Origin: Bacteroidaceae bacterium
Lineage (GTDB): Bacteria > Bacteroidota > Bacteroidia > Bacteroidales > Bacteroidaceae
NCBI GenBank assembly: GCA_017615835.1
Contig: JAFZZI010000004.1
Span: 249,546 to 313,545 of the forward strand
DNA: 64,000 bases
Direction of reading: 5' to 3'
Of the stretch, positions 58,452 to 64,000 are shown one piece after another. Each line of letters begins with the position of its first letter. Position 1 is the first letter of the stretch. The position numbers and the translations under genes are program-made. Below the pieces are notes generated by a model. The model was not told the origin of the DNA and ran no database searches. It was given only the letters and a program-made list of their open reading frames with translations.

Positions 58452-60109
58452 TCTTTCTGATAGAGGAAGCGCTTTATGCTCTTCTTGGGGGTTTTCTCAA
58501 ACTCCTCGTTGTATATGCGGATCTGCGCTATCTGCTCGAAAGCGGGCAGTTCTTTATTTATTTCCAGTCTGTTGTCTTCTATTGCCGCGGCAATCTGCTC
58601 TTCACTGAGTCCTTCTTTCATGGTTTCGTCAAAATCAGGATAGACGAGTGCAATCAGTTTGCCCTTCTCACTGACAACTACCGATTCTGAAATGTAACGC
58701 ATGTTGTTGAGTTTGTCCTCAATCTCTTCAGGATAGATATTCTGCCCGGAAGGGCCAAGAATAAGGCTCTTGCTGCGACCTTTTATAAATAGATTACCTT
58801 CTTTGTCCATAATGCCCAGGTCTCCGGTGTACATCCAGCCATCTTGGTCGATTGTTTCTTCGGTGAGCTTCTCATTTTTATAGTAACCCAACATCACATT
58901 GGGACCACGGCAGACAATCTCGCCGGGAATGCTCTCGGGATCTTCGCTAAGAACCTTGACTTCCATTCCATATGCGGCTTTACCGCAGGAGCCGGGAATG
59001 AAGGATTTCCAGTCTTCATAGCATATGATAGGGGCGCATTCAGTAGCACCATACCCGACTGTATATGGGAAATGAACGGAAGAGAGGAACTTCTCAACCT
59101 CCTGGTTGAATGCTGCACCACCGATGATTATCTCATAGAACCGTCCACCGAACGAGGAAATAAGTTCTTCGCGTACCTTCTTCTTTATCTGTTCGTTGAC
59201 GATAGGCACCTTGAGCAGAATCTTCATCTGGGTTGTCTCAAGTTTAGGAAGAACATTCTTTTTTATTATCTTTTCTATCACCAGAGGTACTGCTATTATC
59301 AAGTCTGGTTTGATATCGTGAAATGCCTGGAAAATAATCTTGGGACTCGGCAGTCGTGTCAGATAATATATGTGGCAGCCCTGTGTGAACTCATAGAAAA
59401 ACTCGAACGAGAATCCGTACAGATGGGCCATGGGAAGCATTGATATTACCGACGAACCGACTGTCAGATTAGGTACGGCCTTAGATGCGAAGACACAATT
59501 GTTTTCCAGTGCCCTATATGGCAGCATTACGCCTTTTGAGAAACCAGTTGAGCCGGAGGTGTAGTTGATCATGGCCAGTTCCTCTGGAGCTCTGGATTCA
59601 TACCTTACGTCAGACGGACTGAAATCTTTCGGGTATTTCCGCCCGAAAAGTTCGTTAAGGTGCTCTCGGGTTTCGGTGAGTCTGGCGATTCTGGAGACTG
59701 TAACAGAGAAATCCTCAAGTGAAATTATACCCATGAGATCTGGCATCGAGGCTTCGTTGAGATTCTCCCATACATGGTCACCGACGAACAGTAGTTTTGC
59801 TTCGGAGTGGTTTACTATGTTGTGGATGTTGTCAGCCTTGAATTCGTGGAGTATGGGAACGATTACGGCTCCGTAGGAAATAGCGGATAGGCATGCAACT
59901 GCCCAGTATGAACTGTTTTTCCCGCAGATAGCGATTCTGTCTCCAGGTTTAAGACCGGTTTCTTCGTAAATAATGTGCAGTTTTGCTATTCCGTTGGCGA
60001 CATCCCTGTAAAACAGTGTTTTGCCTTTATAGTCAGACAGTGCTTCAAGATTCCAGTGCTTGACTATACTGTCCTGAATCAAGCCGCTCATTGTAATAGA
60101 ATTGCCCAT
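58448..60109 (-). CDS. AMP-dependent synthetase/ligase (long-chain acyl-CoA ligase-like)
   Basis: INYTSGSTGFSKGVML (the AMP-binding motif), GYGATE, YTGDLG, and a C-terminal KTPKKSIKR. ATGA overlap with the yfhO-like start. Confidence 0.9.
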   Translation of the reverse strand: MGNSITMSGLIQDSIVKHWNLEALSDYKGKTLFYRDVANGIAKLHIIYEETGLKPGDRIAICGKNSSYWAVACLSAISYGAVIVPILHEFKADNIHNIVNHSEAKLLFVGDHVWENLNEASMPDLMGIISLEDFSVTVSRIARLTETREHLNELFGRKYPKDFSPSDVRYESRAPEELAMINYTSGSTGFSKGVMLPYRALENNCVFASKAVPNLTVGSSVISMLPMAHLYGFSFEFFYEFTQGCHIYYLTRLPSPKIIFQAFHDIKPDLIIAVPLVIEKIIKKNVLPKLETTQMKILLKVPIVNEQIKKKVREELISSFGGRFYEIIIGGAAFNQEVEKFLSSVHFPYTVGYGATECAPIICYEDWKSFIPGSCGKAAYGMEVKVLSEDPESIPGEIVCRGPNVMLGYYKNEKLTEETIDQDGWMYTGDLGIMDKEGNLFIKGRSKSLILGPSGQNIYPEEIEDKLNNMRYISESVVVSEKGKLIALVYPDFDETMKEGLSEEQIAAAIEDNRLEINKELPAFEQIAQIRIYNEEFEKTPKKSIKRFLYQKE

Positions 60110-60154
60110 TATCGAAAACTTATTTTTAAGGGTTCAAATATAGTAAGAAAAGTC

Positions 60155-60832
60155 CTAAACGGAGTAGTTTCTCTCACCAAATATCTGTGATCCGATTCTG
60201 ACCATATTGCTGCCTGCTTTTACTGCAAGTACATAGTCTCCGCTCATTCCGGCCGAGATTACATGGAATGCAGGACTGTCGCTGAAGAACCGTTGTTTCA
60301 TGGTGTTGAAAAGGTTGGTCAGCGTCTGAAATTCGGAATATACCTGTTTCTCGTCGTTAGTGTTGCTGGCCATGCCCATTACACCGCCGATTACGATGTG
60401 ATCAAGTGATTTCCATTCACCCTGTCCAAGCATTTCAATGCATTCGTCAGGCATGAATCCGAATTTTGTCTCCTCTGTAGCTATGTGAATCTGAAGCAGA
60501 CAGGTTATAGTTCTGCCGAAACGGGCAGCCTGCCGGTCAGTCTCGGCAAGAGACCGGTATGAGTCAATGCCTTGAATTACTGATACGAACGGAGCCATCA
60601 GATGTATCTTGTTGGTCTGCACATGACCGATGAAGTGCCATTGGATATCGTCCGGCATTTGGGAGTGTTTCAGCACCATCTCTTGAACTTTGTTTTCTCC
60701 AAAAAGACGCTGCCCTGCATTGTATGCTTCAAGCATCGATTCGACTGGATGAGTCTTTGAGACAGCCAGTAACTCGACCCCGTGGGGTAGGGTATTTCTT
60801 ATTTTAGTCAGACGGCTTGCTATTCCGGGCAT
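60155..60832 (-). CDS. YggS-family pyridoxal-phosphate homeostasis protein
   Basis: ELLAVSKTHP (PLP lysine), FGENKVQE, WHFIGHVQTNK, MGMAS, GMSGDY and VRIGSQIFG. Start is set at Met9, downstream of the -7 boxes. Confidence 0.9.
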   Translation of the reverse strand: MPGIASRLTKIRNTLPHGVELLAVSKTHPVESMLEAYNAGQRLFGENKVQEMVLKHSQMPDDIQWHFIGHVQTNKIHLMAPFVSVIQGIDSYRSLAETDRQAARFGRTITCLLQIHIATEETKFGFMPDECIEMLGQGEWKSLDHIVIGGVMGMASNTNDEKQVYSEFQTLTNLFNTMKQRFFSDSPAFHVISAGMSGDYVLAVKAGSNMVRIGSQIFGERNYSV

Positions 60833-60858
60833 TTTTAAGGCTATTTCGAAAAACAAGG

Positions 60859-60874
60859 CAAACTTACAAAACTA
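60859..60874 (-). promoter_or_regulatory. two adjacent -7 boxes (TAAGTTTG, TAGTTTTG on the minus strand) for yggS
   Basis: Plus strand CAAACTTA and CAAAACTA, 27-35 nt upstream of the ATG at 60832. Confidence 0.3.
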
Positions 60875-60917
60875 TCGCGATAAAAAGGTTACCTTCGCAG
60901 TATTTAAATGTTGTTCT

Positions 60918-62156
60918 GTGGAGAAGTTTATTGCCGGCAGATTGTACAATAATGATGACGGGGTGCGTGGAGGTACCCGTCCTGCCATCATTATCGCCAC
61001 TGTGGGAATGGCGCTTGGCCTGTTGGTAATGATTGTGACAATCTCAGTTACAAGGGGATTCCGACATCAGGTTCGTGATAAAGTGTACGGCATAGCCCAG
61101 CATATCCAGGTAACTAATTACAACTCAGGAATGGGTTCGGAAGAACTGCCTATAACATGTACAGAACAGGTGCTGCGCCGGTTCCTTGAGAGCAGCAATG
61201 TGAGGCATGTTCAAAGGTATGTGGAGAAACCAGGGATACTGCGTACAGACAGCGCCTTTCAAGGGTTCATCCTGAAGGGTGTAGGACCTGAATACGACTT
61301 CTCTTTTCTCTCTGATTATCTGGTTGAAGGGGCGATGCCTGATTGGACAGACAGTCTGTCGTCCAATGCCCTTCTTCTGTCAAAATCTCTAGCTGACAAG
61401 ATGTGCTATTCTATAGGTGATGCTGTTGACGTGTATTTCGTTCAGGAACGTGTAAGGATGCGCCGGCTGACTCTTGTAGGATTGTACAGGACCGGTTTCT
61501 CGGCATTTGACGATATGTACGGAATAGCAGGTATCGGGATCTTGCAAAGGCTGCAGGGGTGGAGTGGCGATAAAACCACTGGGCTCGAGATAGCGGTAAC
61601 GGACGTGGACAGCTTGTATGAAGGTTATTTACAAGTGCGTTCCATTTTGAGTGACATTTCGGAGGATACGGGTGAGCAGTACCTGGTGCAGACGACAGAA
61701 CAGCTTAATTCGGGCCTGTTTGCCTGGCTTGACATACTTAATGTCAATTTATGGGTCATTCTTATTCTGATGTTGGGAATAGCGGGATTTACAATGATAT
61801 CGGGCCTTCTAATCATAATATTTGAACGTGTCAGGACGATAGGCATACTGAAAGCTATGGGCGCGTCGGACAGTACTGTGAGAAAAATATTCCTGCATCT
61901 CTCGGCAAGGATAATTACCAAGGGTATGGTCATCGGAAATGTGGCAGGAATAGCCCTTTGTCTCCTGCAGATGAAGTTCAGCTTTGTTCCTCTCGATCCG
62001 GCCAATTACTACTTGAACAATGTACCCGTTGAACTGAATCTTTGGTGGATTTTGCTGTTGAACGTTGCGATGTTTATACTTTCCATGCTTATGCTGGTGG
62101 GGCCTTCGGCGGTTATTTCGCGCATTTCGCCCTCCAGATCAATGCGTTTCGAATGA
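60918..62156 (+). CDS. FtsX-like ABC transporter permease (LolC/LolE family)
   Basis: EKFIAGRLY N-terminus, a large periplasmic loop, and a C-terminal FtsX domain (IGILKAMGAS...). It has a GTG start; no in-frame ATG lies upstream. Confidence 0.85.
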   Translation: MEKFIAGRLYNNDDGVRGGTRPAIIIATVGMALGLLVMIVTISVTRGFRHQVRDKVYGIAQHIQVTNYNSGMGSEELPITCTEQVLRRFLESSNVRHVQRYVEKPGILRTDSAFQGFILKGVGPEYDFSFLSDYLVEGAMPDWTDSLSSNALLLSKSLADKMCYSIGDAVDVYFVQERVRMRRLTLVGLYRTGFSAFDDMYGIAGIGILQRLQGWSGDKTTGLEIAVTDVDSLYEGYLQVRSILSDISEDTGEQYLVQTTEQLNSGLFAWLDILNVNLWVILILMLGIAGFTMISGLLIIIFERVRTIGILKAMGASDSTVRKIFLHLSARIITKGMVIGNVAGIALCLLQMKFSFVPLDPANYYLNNVPVELNLWWILLLNVAMFILSMLMLVGPSAVISRISPSRSMRFE

Positions 62157-63263
62157 TTCGGATGACGGAAGGCGTCTCAGATTGTACTGCGATGCCATTG
62201 TTTCTCCGTATGCTCCCGCAGACATTATGGCAAGAAGGTCGCCGCGGTGTACTTTTGACAATTTTCGGTTCTTGCCGAATGTGTCCGAAGACTCACAGAT
62301 AGGTCCTACAACATCATATAGCTGTTCTTCCTCATTGGAACTGAGGTTTGTTATCTTATGGTATGCGTCATAGAGAGCGGGTCTTATAAGGTCAGTCATT
62401 CCCGCGTCCGTAATGGCAAACCGCTTGCCAGGATTTTCCTTGACGTACAGCACCTTCGTCACAAGTTGCCCACATTGGGCAACGATGGAACGGCCAAGTT
62501 CAAAATGAACTTCCTGTCCCGGTTGCAGTTCCAACTCTGTCTTGAATATGTTAAAATAGCTCTCAAAATCGGGAATTGGGTGTTTCTCAGGTTCTTTGTA
62601 ATCAATGCCGAGTCCGCCTCCGACATTGATGTGCCTGGCTGTAAAACCGACAGATTTAAGTTTTTTCTGCAGGGTGTTGATGCGTTGGCAGAGTTCGTGG
62701 AAAGGTTCCATTTCAACAATCTGCGAACCAATGTGGAAATGTAGCCCCTCAAGTGAGATTTCAGACATGGTAATGGTATGGGCTATCAGGTCATCCAATA
62801 GTTCAAGGTTTATTCCGAACTTATTCTCAGCCAGTCCGGTTGTTATGTTTGAATGTGTGTGGGCGTCAACGTCCGGATTTACACGGAAGGCTATACGTAC
62901 CCTTTTGCCATGAATCCTCGCGCGCTCGCGCAAAACATCCAATTCAGCTTCCGATTCTACGTTGAGGCAGAATATCCCGTTCTCAAGAGCCAGGTCTATT
63001 TCCCAATCGTCTTTACCGACTCCGGCAAATACTATTGACGAAGGGGAAAATCCGGCTTTGATGGCCGCTTCGATTTCACCACCGCTGACACAGTCAATTC
63101 CAAGTCCAGCTTCCAGTATTGGATTGAGTATTAATGGGTTGGCATTGGCCTTGATGGCATAATGGACATGGAAGTCTGGTCTGGAAGATATTTGTCGGCG
63201 GATAACTTCCAGAGTCCTTTTCAGCAGACCGATGTCGTAACGGTAGAATGGTGTCGTAGTCAT
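62139..63263 (-). CDS. lysA: diaminopimelate decarboxylase
   Basis: PFYRYDIGLLKRTL, YAIKANANPLIL (PLP lysine), INVGGGLGI, GPICESSD and SAGAYG. Confidence 0.95.
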   Translation of the reverse strand: MTTTPFYRYDIGLLKRTLEVIRRQISSRPDFHVHYAIKANANPLILNPILEAGLGIDCVSGGEIEAAIKAGFSPSSIVFAGVGKDDWEIDLALENGIFCLNVESEAELDVLRERARIHGKRVRIAFRVNPDVDAHTHSNITTGLAENKFGINLELLDDLIAHTITMSEISLEGLHFHIGSQIVEMEPFHELCQRINTLQKKLKSVGFTARHINVGGGLGIDYKEPEKHPIPDFESYFNIFKTELELQPGQEVHFELGRSIVAQCGQLVTKVLYVKENPGKRFAITDAGMTDLIRPALYDAYHKITNLSSNEEEQLYDVVGPICESSDTFGKNRKLSKVHRGDLLAIMSAGAYGETMASQYNLRRLPSSESFETH

Positions 63264-64000
63264 TTCTTGAACAGTTTGTCGCTTAAACGCTGCAGGGCAC
63301 GTTTCTTGTCTTCTTCTTTGACTAGGAATGAAATGTTGTAGTTGCTGCCTCCATATGATATCATGTGTACAGGTATGTCGCTCAAGGCATCAAGGGCGCG
63401 TGATTCAAACCCCACATTGTTCCATTTCATGTCGCCGACGACACAGATGATGCACATGTCGCTGTCAACAGTGACCGTTCCGAATTCTTGGAGCTCACGG
63501 ACGATCAGATCGAGGTTCTGGGGGTTGTCAATAGACATTGATACGCCGACCTCGGAAGTGCATATCATGTCAATAGGTGTCTTGTATTTCTCGAAGATCT
63601 CAAATATTCTACGCAGGAATCCATATGCCAATAGCATTCGGCTTGACTTGATGTTGATTGCTGTGATGTTGTCTTTTGCCGCCACAGCCTTAATGCTGCC
63701 CGATTCGGCCTCATTGTTTATTAGTGTGCCCGGGGCGGTGGGCTCCATGGTGTTTAACAGCCTTACAGGGATTCCCGCCGTCTTGGCAGGCTGTATGCAG
63801 GTAGGGTGGAGGATCTTAGCCCCGAAATATGCAAGCTCAGCGGCCTCTTCGAAAAGAAGGTGACGCACAGGTCTGGTGTTCTTTACAACTCTGGGGTCAT
63901 TGTTGTGCATTCCGTCAATATCGGTCCATATCTGAATCTCTTCTGCATGTATTGCGGCACCGATTATGGAAGCCGTGTAGTCGCTTCCGCCACGTTGCAG
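63260..64000 (-). CDS. lysC: aspartate kinase, 3' part (gene continues beyond the window end)
   Basis: The frame is open to position 64000: LQRGGSDYTASIIGAAIHAEEIQIWTDIDGMHNNDPRVV..., followed by ACT domains. ATGA overlap with the lysA start. Confidence 0.9.
   Translation of the reverse strand: MQRGGSDYTASIIGAAIHAEEIQIWTDIDGMHNNDPRVVKNTRPVRHLLFEEAAELAYFGAKILHPTCIQPAKTAGIPVRLLNTMEPTAPGTLINNEAESGSIKAVAAKDNITAINIKSSRMLLAYGFLRRIFEIFEKYKTPIDMICTSEVGVSMSIDNPQNLDLIVRELQEFGTVTVDSDMCIICVVGDMKWNNVGFESRALDALSDIPVHMISYGGSNYNISFLVKEEDKKRALQRLSDKLFKK

Noticed and set aside
58448-60109. The AMP-ligase as a DltA-like D-alanine ligase completing a teichoic-acid analogy.
   Set aside because: No carrier protein (DltC) or DltB/DltD-like genes are nearby. 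The size (553 aa) and motifs fit fatty-acyl-CoA ligases at least as well. It is kept only as a coupling observation.
62139-62156. An 18-bp convergent 3' overlap of the lolE-like permease and lysA, and the ATGA overlap of lysC/lysA.
   Set aside because: These are real in the sequence but are ordinary compact-genome features. I see no evidence for special regulation.

Overview
This 64-kb window looks like mostly core chromosome from a Bacteroidota (Bacteroidales-like) organism. The taxonomic guess rests on three things. Many genes are preceded by the Bacteroides-type -7 promoter box TAnnTTTG. Leaders are A-rich and lack Shine-Dalgarno sequences. The gene content also fits: a long-tailed S16, an RseC-Rnf operon and methylmalonyl-CoA mutase. 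About 50 protein genes are tightly packed. They include thyA-folA, an OmpA/TPR lipoprotein, topoisomerase III, mutA/mutB, an EptA-type phosphoethanolamine transferase coupled to a PHP-like membrane protein, a MATE efflux operon, xseA/xseB and rpsP. They also include rseC-rnfBCDGEA-ispE followed by a 1581-aa TamB-like protein, dnaB, pheT, yebC, a Kv-type K+ channel, an RND efflux triad, lepA, a DUF853/HerA-like ATPase, yggS, a LolE-like permease and lysC-lysA. I found no rRNA, tRNA, CRISPR array, transposase or integrase. Five points deserve a second look: (1) the TamB-like protein ends in a clear Omp85-type barrel, which would make it a single-polypeptide inner-to-outer-membrane bridge; (2) a compact teichoic-acid-like phospho-decoration module lies at 48.5-58.5 kb, with a flippase, a LicC-aminotransferase fusion, LicD, an SDR-TagD fusion, a TagF-like transferase, a GT2 and a convergent YfhO; (3) a 428-bp gene-free gap carries a phased array of five AAAAA-GACCCATATCT units plus a perfect GC palindrome; (4) the MutA subunit carries unusual cysteine clusters; (5) the eptA gene is translationally coupled to a PHP-like phosphoesterase. 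All functional calls come from reading motifs in the translations; no database search was run.
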